Below, one piece after another: positions 10,901 through 23,105 of a stretch of 64,000 nucleotides of DNA (its first letter is position 1; each line of letters opens with the position of its first letter). The notes beneath the pieces are model-generated. The model was not told the DNA's origin. It worked only from the letters and a program-made list of their open reading frames with translations, and ran no database searches. Source of the stretch: Lingula anatina (Eukaryota > Animalia > Brachiopoda); the NCBI GenBank assembly GCA_051362555.1, contig CM120640.1, forward strand, positions 60,862,788 to 60,926,787, given 5' to 3'. The position numbers and the translations under genes are program-made.

Positions 10901-13098
10901 CTTTCCTAAGAAATGCCATCGCTCATGATGTTGCCAAGTTGGTTGACTACAAAAAGCTCTCTATTAAAGAGGCCTGCAAGTATTCCCTTGAGAAAAACCT
11001 CCAGAACCACAAGGGAGGCATTGTGGCAATTGACAAAGATGGCACTATTGCAGTTGAGTTTAATTCTAGTGTCATGTTTGTTGCATCTATGGAGAAAAAT
11101 GGAGCCATTGCCTCAGAAGTGATGATGAAAGGTTCAGGCCCGAGTCCAATGCCACGAGATCATCTCAAAATCAAAGATGGCAAAAGATGCAATGTCCATC
11201 TTCATGAGTACCCTTCAACACCAGGCGTCACACTTATCACATCAAATTCTACCAAGATGGGTGTTGACTTGTTCCAAATGCCCCTACAAGATTATGAAGA
11301 TTTGATGATGGAAGTCCATGGCATTGTCCCATTTCTGCAAAAGAAACTTAAAGTACAGAGATGTGCCATGGTATCTGCACCATCACCAATGCTTCCAGCT
11401 CACATGAAGCTTGTGCCTCTGCACGGTCTGGGTCAAGTCTGGGAACCAGTGACATCAGCAGATGAAGAATATAATGAAGAATACCCAGGTTATGTATCAT
11501 CTAAAAATGGCCCCAGACTTTCCAATCAAGAACTTGATCGCATCAAAAAGTCTATAACATCATTATCAGCATTACAAAATGTAAACAATGTTTTCCATGG
11601 TGAATCTTCAGATAACAACCTTTTTGCCAGAATTGTGCGAAATGAAGAGGAACACTGGCGGGTTTGGGAAGATGAAGACCATATAGCCTTCCTGACACCC
11701 TTTCCCAACACCCCTGGGTTTACAGTGCTGGCCCCAAGAAGGCACCTGTCAAGTGACATATTCAACCTTGAAAATGAAGACTACAGAAAGCTTGTTATTG
11801 CTGGCTATAAAGTAGCAAATTTACTTAAGAAGAGTCTTGGGGCTTTGCACTGTGCAATGATCTTTGAAGGGTGTGAAATCGATTATGCTCATGTGAAGCT
11901 TATACCTGTGTTTGCTACCGACAGCACTACAAGCAAAACAAGGAAAAACTCAAAGGCAGAGTACAGCAAGACCTACCTTGGCTTTGTATCCTCTGCAGAT
12001 GGCCCTAAAGCAGATGACAATGAACTTAAAAGTTTGCATTCTTTTTTAACAACAGATTCCATTGCAGCACCTAAATCTTGGGAAGACCCAGAGACCCATT
12101 CAATTGCAGCCATCCGCAGTACTTGGTACCAAAATGTCTTTCAGGTTCAGAACACGCTGTTCCATGCCACAGTTGACTACTTCAACCAGCGGTGCAAGTA
12201 CAATTATGCCCTGACCCCACTGACCACTGATTGCATCTCTTCTCCCATGGGATTGGGATCAGATTCAGAGCCAGTCGAAATCGACTTGTTTGGGCAAAAG
12301 ATTTTCCTGGCAGATTCCATGCAATTCACCCTAGAATACTTCTTGCGTTTCCAAGATGGCCTTCAAGGCACATACTACATATCTCCAAGCTTCCGTGGAG
12401 AGGACCCTGATGCAACTCATCTGAACCAGTTCTACCATATAGAATGCGAGTTACTCGGAAAGTTGGATGATGCAATCAGTCTTGCTGAGGGCTACATCTA
12501 TCACCTGACAAAGAGCATGCTGAAATCACACAGGCAGTTTATCCTGGCCACAGCAGGGACAACAGAACACGCAGAGCAACTCGTTGAAATCATGAAGGGT
12601 GGAAAATCACTGCCACGTGTCACAGTGGACCAAGCGATTGCAATGTTTCCAACCGATGATTGCTATGAAGATGTGGTCCCTGGTAAGCCAGAAATGGGGA
12701 AAAAGGTAACTAGAAAGGGAGAATATTTTCTGATTGATAAGTATGGAGGGGCCATTTGGCTGACAGAGATGGACCACTTGGGAGTTCCTTTCTACCAATG
12801 TTATACTGATGATACACGCAAGAAGGCACTGGCTGCTGATCTTTTGATTGGCCTAGGAGAAACCCTTGGTCTAGGTGAACGTCATGCTACAGCAACTGAA
12901 GTTGAGCAGGCTTTGGACCACCACGCTGTACCTCACAGTTCGTACAAATGGTACATAGATATGCGCACAGAGAAGCCAATGAAGACCAGTGGTTGGGGCA
13001 TGGGATCTGAGCGTTATTTGTGCTGGCTTCTCAACCATGATGATGTTCGAGATTTGCATGTCATCCCAAGATTTAAAGGAAAGAAATACCTTCCATAA
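7934..13098 (+). CDS. Multidomain fusion enzyme copy 1 (~1538 aa): carnitine/choline acyltransferase + isoaspartyl peptidase/L-asparaginase (Ntn) + 2x HIT + AsnRS/AspRS-like class II catalytic domain
   Basis: Exons 7934-8275, 8624-8800, 9001-13098 (all phase 0, GT-AG). Acyltransferase motifs YPVPTLESTL, CRVPG, YYDK, EHTSVD, RRFIEGRS. Asparaginase motifs HAGAG, FNAGKG, Q/TVGAVAVD, TSTGG, GRVGD, SGDGE. HIT motifs LFARIV..WEDEDHIAFL..PGFTVLAPRRH..YAHVKL. aaRS motif 2 FRGEDPDATHLNQF and motif 3 GMGSER. Confidence 0.93.
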
Positions 13099-15179
13099 GC
13101 TGTTATTTATCAATTTGATTGGTGTATGTTTAGTAGTATCCAGTATTCGGTGTGTAATAACTAATTGACTATCTTTTGTGAATATTAAATTTTAGGGGGG
13201 AGTGGTACTAACAAGTGGTGTTTTGCAAGAAGGATTTTTTCCTTGAACTAAATGAGCTAGTAAATTGTTATTTGTATGAAAGACATATCTTATAAATTAA
13301 AAAATATATTGTAAGAACAATGGAAATTGTCAACACGGACTGAGCACTGCTGGCTATCAATTCATCTCTGAACTTAAATGTGCAATCGACTCTTGTGCAT
13401 GGATATGTTCTTTTGAGGTAAAATGGATTTGGCTTCTAGAGTAAAACGGATAATAGCAAAAACTTCATTCAAAGGAACATTTGCGAAGAAAACAATTAGC
13501 TGCTATGCATCCCATAATGAAACGTTTTAAATTTGTATGAAAAAATGAATAGCGTAGTATATTCACACAACTGTAAACAGAAATTTACGCTTTATGGTTT
13601 ATCCATCCAATGTTGTTAAGTCATTGTTATCATACATTATTTTTGTCATGCATATTTAATATGGTGATGGGAAATGTAATTTTATTTTTGATTTGAATGA
13701 ATAAAGGGGAATAGCTGATGAAAACTTGTTTGTTCACATCTTGTAATAATCAGTCCTGCTGGTTATTTATTGGGCTCGAATGTAAATTCTTCCCATAACG
13801 AAACTACTGTGACAGTGACTCACTAAGCCGATAGACTTCACTAAATTTTTATTCATCTCTCTTAGTGTCTCTATATTGCCCACCTTATCACCAAGCCAAG
13901 TGAATTTAAGTAAAAATTAGGTGAAACTGGAAAGTTTTTTCTTAATGTGGATCTATTGAATATATACTCTTTGTGATTTGGCTTTTTCAGATGCACTCGA
14001 ATAGTTTATATCTGCATTGCCTATTACAGTTTTTTTCTTTAAAAAAGATAAAACACACGCTCACACAAGTATAAGGACGGAAGCTTTATTTCTAAGTTTA
14101 CATTTGATAAATTACTAGAGCAATTTTGTCTTTTGATAGTCTTTTTGGGGGGGCTGTTAAGACCAACCGATTACTTTTATTGCACTACATATCGCAATGG
14201 ATCTCAAAAATTTCCTCTTGCCATAAGTTTTTTTTTCTTATCAAACAACCGGTTTATTACTAGTTTCATAACTTATGAATCACTTGGTGAGCTTTATAGA
14301 GATTCCATATTATAGAGGAACAAGCTCAGTATGTTGGGTACATGTCATAGCGGTTCGCCCAGTATAAACAAGGAATTATATATAATTCCTTGGTTTGAAC
14401 GTTGGTTATTATACATATGTAAATCATCTACAGTATATAATGTTTAGAAAATTGCCAGTGGATATGGGTTTGCCTGAACAATTTATATGGGAAAGCATAA
14501 GGGACGTTAAATTTCAAGCTCAACTACAAAACGCTCAAAATATTAATTGATTAATATATTCCACTTTTGACCTTGATTTATTTTTACCCAACAATTTAAA
14601 AGAAACGGTGTTCCAATAGCTGCGTTTTTAATTCTTACAGAAACTGGCACTAATGTAATACTTAACAAAATTTCAGTCACACTAATGCACATTATGGACA
14701 CTTGCACAGTGTCAAACTACATGTAACACAATACAAATACACAAATTAAATTGACACACGATCATACAAATGGATGGAAGTTGGTGAATATGGAATATTT
14801 ACTTAACTGCTTATAGATGAGAACTGTAGCATTATGAGTGTAAGAATACAAGTATAATAAAGTGCACTTAGTTGAACTCAGTTGCATCTGAAGTCACTAT
14901 AAGCAAGGAGTTACAACTTGCTATAGGGCGAAATTGGGTAATCCCATAATCAAAAATAAATTAAAGGTTTATTGTTATAATTTTCGAATCTAAATTGAGT
15001 GTTTTATCTTTCATTATTCCTTTTGAAATACTTTTGTAGCCTTCGAATTGTAGACGCATTGCCCGGTAGGTTCCACAAGCCAGTTGAAGATTTTTTAAAG
15101 GCAGTTAAGGCAGCTATCTTACATTGATCTGATCTGCCGGGAAACAATTGTGAACACATTGTTGCAAATGACCAGGTAA

Positions 15180-16250
15180 TGGAAATTCAAAACTTAAAAG
15201 AACCAGCTTGTGTTAGGGTCGGTGTTATTGTTTTGATGGTACTGGTAGCGCATGCTTGAAAAAATGTCCGGAAGCTTTTGATCACGTAGCTCATTCCTGC
15301 TCATTAACAAACTAACAATTATGGGTTTATATAATTTGTGATTGTTCGCTGGATTGCCGCTTACCTCACTGAAAGACGACAGTGAATCAAACTTGGTCAA
15401 ATCAGGTCGGAGTGGCAGTAAATAAATGGCTCGGTACCTCAAGGATCATGGCTGGGTCCGTTGCTCTTTGTCCTGATGATAAACGATTTACATCTACCTC
15501 TTTGAATCTTTGTGTCGTAAGTATATGGATGACGCAACAGTTTCTGAGATCGTTAGACAATTTGGTGAAAGCAAATGACAGGAAACTGCTGACACAATAT
15601 GGGACTGCTCTAGGAAGAACAATATGCGATTAAATACAGCAAATGGCCATATCATTTAAACACAAGAATGCAAATATCTCTAATGACCTCACATGGAAGG
15701 TACATGTAGCCAAAATCATCCAAAAAAAAAAAAAAAAAAAAAAAAAATGACTATACTGCCCTAGAGGAAAAGTGTCAAGAAAGAGCTGTTAAGATAATTT
15801 ATCCTGATCTTGAATGTGACGCTGCTTGTGAACTTAAATTACTGAGTGAAAGACGGCTCAATGCATGCAAAATGTTGTTTATTATGATATTATCAAATGA
15901 AGCGGATCATAGATTGCATTATCTTTTACAACCAAAACAAAATGTCAAATATTCATTACTGGGACCCTAGACATCCAGAAGGCTCAAAATTTAAACCAAA
16001 CGATCAATGATCGACTTTTAAGCCCGTGCGATATACAAGTTCAAAGAATGACTGATAGACGCTTTATTTCATCTTTGACCTTGCATTTTAGTTATTTTAT
16101 TTAAAACTTGTTAACATATGTCTTTTAACTTTTTTATTCTTTAGTAACTTTATTCAACTATGATGCAAAGAATGTATTTATCCAACCCTCGGGTTTCAAA
16201 TTTAATAATAATTATAAATGAATAAATAAATAGATAAATAAATAAATAAG
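15180..16250 (+). mobile_element. 5'-truncated, decayed non-LTR retrotransposon (L2/CR1-group RT fragment)
   Basis: Broken-frame translation gives WIAAYLTERRQ (15350), VPQGSWLGPLLF (~15434), KYMDD (YMDD at 15522) and ISNDLTWKVHV (~15676); (aaat)n tail at ~16220-16250. Confidence 0.8.
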
Positions 16251-16367
16251 AAAAAGAAGAAGAAAGAAGAAGAATTATGCAACTGATCATCGTGTAAATC
16301 GGTGATGTGAAGATTGACCTACCTAGCGCGACCCTTTAAATTATTTTTGAATTGAATTACTTTTAAT

Positions 16368-16600
16368 ATGCGACTCCTAAGTGAGAGGGATACATTTTAC
16401 AAAGCGGTTGACGTTGGAGGGAGTTTTGATCTACCGAATTGCCAGAAGGTTAGACTGTTCCATGAAAACCATTCAGAGGGTTAGACAACATCATAACCAA
16501 GCAGGCACATGGGCATGCAAGATTGTCTGGGTAAGACCGACACATAGCCACACACACACACACACACACACAGAAGAGAGGACATTCTCCTCGTTGCTCT
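16368..16600 (+). pseudogene. Relic of Tc1-type transposase N-terminal HTH
   Basis: GVLIYRIARRLDCSMKTIQRVRQHHNQAGT resembles a Tc1 paired-like HTH; no catalytic domain or TIRs seen. Confidence 0.4.
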
Positions 16601-17142
16601 TCATCTGTAGTATTTCCACTTCATGGCAGCAAATATTTTCTGATACACCTGGCAGGATTTGGCAATGCCCACAGGTGCACCTGTAATTAAATTTAACAGT
16701 TGTAATTGATCCAAAATTATCGTTGCAGACTAAAATTACTTTTATAACTAAGCACTTGCTGGCAACCACAAGGAGTCTCCCTTTTTAATTAATCCAACAA
16801 GTGGACACCAGACTTCACGGCTATATGGACACAGATCAGAGGGGGAGCATTACATCACATTGACCTACAAACCTACCAAATAATTTTATTCCCAAAGTCT
16901 TGGTTATAATAATATTTAAACTAGGCCTATCTTATATTTGGAGAGCAATGCCTCGTATTGTGTTGTTTTATTTTGTTAATAAACCAGAATATGTACATTT
17001 ATGTTAATAAAAAAGGACATGAATAAGGTATTTTAACATCTAACAGTGAATGTATTCAATGTGTATACATATAAAAAGATCTTAAAATTACTCTTCTTCT
17101 ATATACCTTATACATGTAGGCCTATATGTTATACATTTCACG

Positions 17143-17450
17143 TGTAACTCGATGGCTGTTCGCACTTGAAAGTGAATAAAGAAATATAGTGAATTTAGCT
17201 TAATTAATACTTGTAGGAATGTGGGCTGCTAAATGTGTTGTCTACAGAGTGTTGGGTAACTGCTGGGATCACTTCAATTGACGTAAATTGAGAAAAAAAT
17301 TCAAATAAACATTGCTTTCCTTCATTTATCTGTCGTGTACTGGTACATCATGTAAATATCAGATAAGTACATGTACAAGTAACTCGATGGCTGTTCGCAC
17401 TTGAAAGTGAATAAAGAAATATAGTGAATTTAGCTTAATTAATACTTGTA
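17143..17450. repeat. ~72-bp exact direct repeat pair
   Basis: gtaactcgatggctgttcgcac...aattaatacttgta at ~17144-17215 and ~17379-17450. Confidence 0.9.
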
Positions 17451-17944
17451 CTAAATGCAATATTACGATCTTATGTAATTAACGAAACGATCTGTAAAAT
17501 GTCAAAATACGAAGGGTGGGCAATGTATGTCCGGTTGTCAGCTTTATTTTCAGCATAGTCTACAGTTCATTTTTACCTACCAAGTTGCACTTTAAAAGGC
17601 CTACACGCTGTCCGCAACCGCGCAAATTTAGATATAAACGTAATTTAGAATGAGGCTCGAAATACGGACACCGTTGGAAACTTTTAGATAGGATAACGCT
17701 TTAGTATAACCTTCCAGATTCGCGGTCGAAATCTTTACGTCTAAATGCTACAGAGGAAATCCACACTGACAAAAATGACCAGTTTCAATCGTTTAATGTA
17801 AACTCGTTGCCTGCTCAGGTACATTCTGACTCTCTATTCAATATTACACACTTTAGTACGTACTCCAGCCAATGGCTCCATACACTTCCTTATCACTGGC
17901 TTCTTTATGCGACAGGTAAACAAGCCTTACTCAGCCTCTTCAAA

Positions 17945-18316
17945 ATTGACACAATGTATTATAGAGAATTCAATAAAATTTATGACTTGAAATTACTGAC
18001 ATTACTTATGATTGCCAAACTTTCAAAAAAGAAATACAGGACTAAAATGCAGCCTGAGTTGGAAAAGCAGTCTAATTGACTTCTTTTTCTAGAAGTTTTA
18101 CATTTTCAAAGTGTGAACTTGAACTCCCATGGGCCTGAAGCCTTATGCTTGTTACACATTTTACTTACATTGGTATTACCTGTTGAGCATAATTTTAAAA
18201 AATTTGATATTGAATTTGCAGTTTAACATAATGTACTTTTGCATCAGAATTGACAGTAGCCTATTTTGTTATTTCCTGCTTTTTGTCTGTACATTTGACA
18301 GCTTTGCTGCCTTGTT
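17945..18316 (+). mobile_element. 3' fragment of the HINE/Helentron-like element also found in DCLRE1A intron 9
   Basis: aggactaaaatgcagcctgagttggaaaagcagtc and the end gtctgtacatttgacagctttgctgccttgtt match 51311-51964. Confidence 0.8.
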
Positions 18317-19862
18317 ATTACCAAAGATAAAGCCTGATATAAATAAAGATGGCAAGTGACATCAGTGCAGTTTAAATTCAACTGATTAAAAATTATTTAA
18401 TACTAGTATCTCATCTGCTGAGAACATCAAGGTTATTGTAATGTTACAGGAAAATTAAAATAGTATTTAGCTGCTGCAAAATTAAAATAGTATTTAGCTG
18501 AGGGGTACACTCCCATTTAGACAGATAAATTTTAATTAGAAAAACTTGATTTAAGATACATCTGCTAGAAGCTACATGTACTATTATGATATGATTTTTT
18601 TAATTTAAAATTTAAATTGAATGTTGAAATTGGTACAAGCATTTAAGAAGTGGTTGCATGCCTGAAATGTGCAATAAATTCTTTTGTTTCATGGGCATAA
18701 TGGTCTAAATGCCTATTTTGTTGCTAATAAATTACCACATATATATATATAGTATACATGTACATAGTTGTTTTTTCTTTCATCTGTCACTCCATACAAG
18801 TCTCACTGAGGCCAATACATAGATTTTCTTAAATAAAAATACACTTGCGATAATTGTTAAAAAGTTGACATAAGACAAAATAAGTTATAAGTAATTAATA
18901 AGTAATAATGATAATTAATATCGGAGTTTTTTCCCGACTGGTAAAAAACGTTGCCAGGTTAGATTTTAATGACACTTGATAGTCAATTTTTTCATGCAAA
19001 AAGCCACCTTCAATTGACGTGAATAAGTTGCACAGTTTCTGTGACATGAGATATCTAAAAATGTTAAGTGTTGCTATGGCCAAATTTAAAAGTGACCAGT
19101 TGGCCGACTTCGTGGAGATCTGCCTCATTGATTGCTTCTTCTAGGTAAATCACACACGATGATACACATAATTAACTCTGCTACCATGTCTTAAATTTCA
19201 CCAGGTACTTATGCAGGCAATTCTTGAACTCCCCCGAAGGTTACGCAATTTACAAAATTTCGACCGCGACGTCATCTCAGCGCACGCGCTCCGTTCTGAA
19301 TATTTTCCTACGCGCAAAAAACTCGAAAAGTGAAAAACTCGAAAAGTCAAAAACTCAAAAAGTCGAAATATCCAATAGGGGCCACCATACTTGGATAGAA
19401 ATCTGTCTATCAGAAACACAAACATATATGAAAATGAATGAATAAATAACGAATGAAAATAAACATAAAAAAATAATAATTATAACAATCATGAGTGAGA
19501 AACGCGTTAAGCCCGTTGAAGATAGTGCAGTCATAAAAACGTTAAGGTTTAAGGCAACTCGCCTTAATGTTGGCTGATTAAAAAAAACACTATTCTCTTA
19601 CCTTTTCCTCTCAAACCTTTGTGCTTCCACTCTTTCAAAATGCTTTAACCATGTCTCATAATTATAACGTGCAGGGTTGGATACTGTAACGCCCGCATGT
19701 AGACCAGATTTAAGATGCCACGTGATCTTATTTAAACAAGCAGTTTTCTAAGAAATGTGCGTCATCGTTAAAGCTTTCTCGTTATCATGACACTCTATCA
19801 ATACTTGCGGTAGTCACGTCTAGTAGTAAACTGTTCTTCAGACACACACACGCACACACAAG

Positions 19863-20030
19863 CAGGGGTGGATTGAGGCCGTCTTCTGGGTCTTCCGGAA
19901 GACGGTCAGATTTTCAAGTTTAAATTGACGGATATCTAATTTTTTCTCTCAGAAGACGGTCAAAAATACAGGATGGATCAACAAAGATAATTTAGAAGAC
20001 TGTCAGAAAATAGCTCTGGATCCGCCCCTG
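19863..20030. mobile_element. Small MITE with CAGGGG(C/T)GGAT termini
   Basis: caggggtggatt...ggatccgcccctg, flanked by 6-bp direct repeat cacaag. Confidence 0.7.
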
Positions 20031-20063
20031 CACAAGCACGTACAAAATGAAAATAAATGAATA

Positions 20064-20106
<43 letters not shown>

Positions 20107-20427
20107 GTGATTAACACTTTTAGCCCGCTCAAGGTAGGACAGTCATAAAAAAACGTATACAGTAGTTATAAGGCAACTTACCTTATTGTTGGTTGGTAAA
20201 AATTTCGATGACCTTTGAACCTGAAGTAATTTTTTTTGCATCATCATCCTACAAATGATTCTTTTCAATGATGAAATCCAATCGTCAAAACTCATATTCA
20301 AATTAATAAAAACGGTGCATTTACCGAACAGCACGAAACCCAGTTCTCAATTCAATTCTAACACTCAATTCTCAATATATAGGTCCACTTAAAGAAGACA
20401 GAAAAGTAAAAAATGAAGTTAAAGATT

Positions 20428-20639
20428 TATTTCTGGGGAGGATACAACCCCGCTGTCGTATGAGGTGCTCTCGCCTTACTAAAACCCTGCTTCAAGTGGT
20501 ATGTAACAAGCTGCGAGACAGCAAATACCGTTAACAGAAGAATGATTAGCAACGGACGGGATCGAACCAACGCCCATTCGTTCCGAAGGCGGACATTCTA
20601 ACCACAAGGCGGACATTCTAACCACAAGGTCATTCGGTC
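20428..20639 (-). mobile_element. tRNA-derived SINE
   Basis: Minus strand has A-box-like gtggttagaatg and B-box ggttcgatccc, an internal 20-bp tandem duplication, and a non-tRNA body ending ggggttgtatcctccccag. Confidence 0.7.
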
Positions 20640-21279
20640 TGTTTTAACTTCAATTACGCTTAAATAAATAAAATTTAAAAAATGTTAAATGGACCTTTAT
20701 ATTGAAAACCGATGTTAATAATACATCCTATAATTACGATTGTCGAAAACAAATATTGGATAAACGGACACAGACATAGGCCTTTTAACAAACCCCGGTC
20801 AACTACATTTATCATATAATAAGGTTTAGAAAGAAAACAAAGCTATTATTATATGTCATAAAAAACCATGTTGTTTCTCTCTATTCATAGCTCTGTAAAG
20901 TGATTGTGAAAAAATTAACAAAGAGCATGCGATTCATAACCAAAAGTGAAGACGGAACGTTTTAAAAATTCATTTATTAATTATTGCCTCTTTAACTTGT
21001 AGTAATTTATGGATGCCTTTTTAATTTGTAGTATTTTAGGAATAATTTATTGTTTTATAATTTAAAGATTATTGTCAATTTTCTTTTAAACATTCTTTGT
21101 ACAACTTCAACCTTAGGGTTGCAATTTTATCTAATAAATTATTATTATTATTATTTTCATTTTCCCCTCAGCGCTATGTTTTTCCACTCCTTCAAAAATG
21201 CTTGTAATCGTGTCTCATGAGATGCAAACTGTTTTCTCTATGATCAGGCTTAATAACTGAAACGCCTGGTTGAAGACTG

Positions 21280-21553
21280 TTTTTTCTACGCCGCGTGATT
21301 TTCATCTGACCAGCTGTTCTTCCAAGAAGTGTGCGTCATCATTAGCTTTCGTGTTATCGTGACACTAAATATTTGCGGGCGTCACGTTTTCCGTAGATCG
21401 CATTGTATAAGAAGTGCAGTGAAGCACCCAACACAGCAGTGTTCAACGAGCGGGTATCATCACTCAAAAAGAGAAAAATAAACAAAGACTACGAAGAAAA
21501 AGAAACTATAACACTGTGCAGAAGGAAGGTTTTGCAAAAGAGGCAACACAAAG
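21280..21553 (+). promoter_or_regulatory. Putative promoter and non-coding exon 1 of fusion gene copy 2
   Basis: Homologous to 4540-4820: TGCGTCA ~21332, TATAAGAA ~21406, donor AAG|gtgagt at 21553/21554. Confidence 0.6.
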
Positions 21554-22839
21554 GTGAGTAAAATGCAAATAGGTGGCCTATATATTTATCAAAGAAAATA
21601 AGATAACTAATTTAAACGACTTCTCTTAATTTTTTAAAAGAATAATAAAAGAGCAATAAAAAGAATGAAAGAAGATTAAATTATTTGTTTTGTATTATAA
21701 CTTAGGTCAACAGTTAGGGTCGAGCACTTTTCAATATGATCAGGCAATATTAACGTAAAATTAGCGTAAGATTAAGAATATACGTATAAACCTTTTGTGC
21801 GCCAAAAGAGTGCATGTTCTTCCTGCCTATTGCTATGCGGTAAATTAATTTTACCATAATATCATATTGTTTGAAAGAGAATAAACAGTTTTGGGCATTA
21901 ATAATATATTGAGGATGCATTGTACGGCATTTGTCTTTTTAAAAATAAACTTTTGCAAAAAATTATTTAGACAGTTTTGCTAGTACAGAGTCAAGCGGAC
22001 CACATTGCTATAAAGTTACGCAACGATGAATGTAGTTTGTAGCTGAAGATTGTTAACTGCGTGTTTCCAAAGGATGCGCTAGAATGCTGTTATAAATTTA
22101 TTTTATAGCCTATAATTTATAGGCCTATACTAATTTAGAGGCCCCCGACATCAGAGTTTTTTTTATTGCCACTTTTAAACATCCCTTTTCTCTATACCTC
22201 TTTTTCTGTCAGCGGAGATATACAAATTAATCAAGGAACCGAAGTCATTTTGAAAGATATTCTCATTATCATAAAAACATGAATTTCAACAAGAAGAGAT
22301 TAAGTTTATCTTGATGGTTGACAAAAGCAGGGTGCCACAGAATGACGATCTATCTTGAGGTTGGACTTTTTACCAGCTTTTTTTATCTTCAGTATTTTTC
22401 ATTTTCCCTATATATAACATATTGTACAAGTTTATAACACCTCAAGCAATCAATCAAAATGTCTCATAAATTAGATAATGGATTATGTAAAATGGCAATT
22501 TTAGCCTACTGTACATGTACATTTGTCACGGATTCCGTGCAATGAACACAATTTTATGTGCCGTTTATTTGACAGCAATAATTTTAACCCTCGACGAGCT
22601 ACGGCGTGTATATTTATACTTATAACTTAAAGGTGCAGGTACAGATAATTTTTCCGACAAAATCAGCGTGTCGGTTGAAAAGTTTCAGTACAGTTGAAGC
22701 ACACCCTTGCCTCCGCACGTGCGGCTTCCTTGAATAGAGATACGTTGTAGGTGCAGCCTCGCGGGATTTTAGCACTCACATGACCGAAATAAGGAGACAT
22801 ACAACTTGTGATTCTTACAATAAGTTACATTAAGTATTA

Positions 22840-23074
22840 TAACGACGACGAGGTTCTGGAGTCTTCAATCATTTATTCACCACTTACTTTTCATACAATT
22901 TTACCCATATTTATACTCTAATTCTCCGTACTGATCACGCGTGTAATTATGTTCTTTTTAATTTTATTGTTTATGGCGTGATTTACAGAAACTTTCCATT
23001 GTCATGTTGACTTTACCATAGAACATTCCCTTATTAGATAATGTCAAAGAGCCTTGTTTTCAACTAAACTTATC

Positions 23075-23105
<31 letters not shown>

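Noticed and set aside
9151-13098. Bacterial contamination or a prokaryotic operon as source of the long ORF
   Set aside because: The ORF starts at a splice acceptor (9001), joins upstream GT-AG exons, has a conserved AATAAA, and is embedded among animal TEs and genes
12118-13098. Annotation as a housekeeping asparaginyl-tRNA synthetase (NARS)
   Set aside because: No anticodon-binding OB-fold and divergent motif 1 region; better treated as an aaRS paralog
9405-13113. Antisense ORFs shared by both fusion-gene copies
   Set aside because: Shadows of the conserved sense CDS; no independent motifs
20551-20639. Possible tRNA gene on the minus strand
   Set aside because: Anticodon and acceptor stems pair poorly, there is an internal 20-bp duplication, and it continues into a SINE-like body
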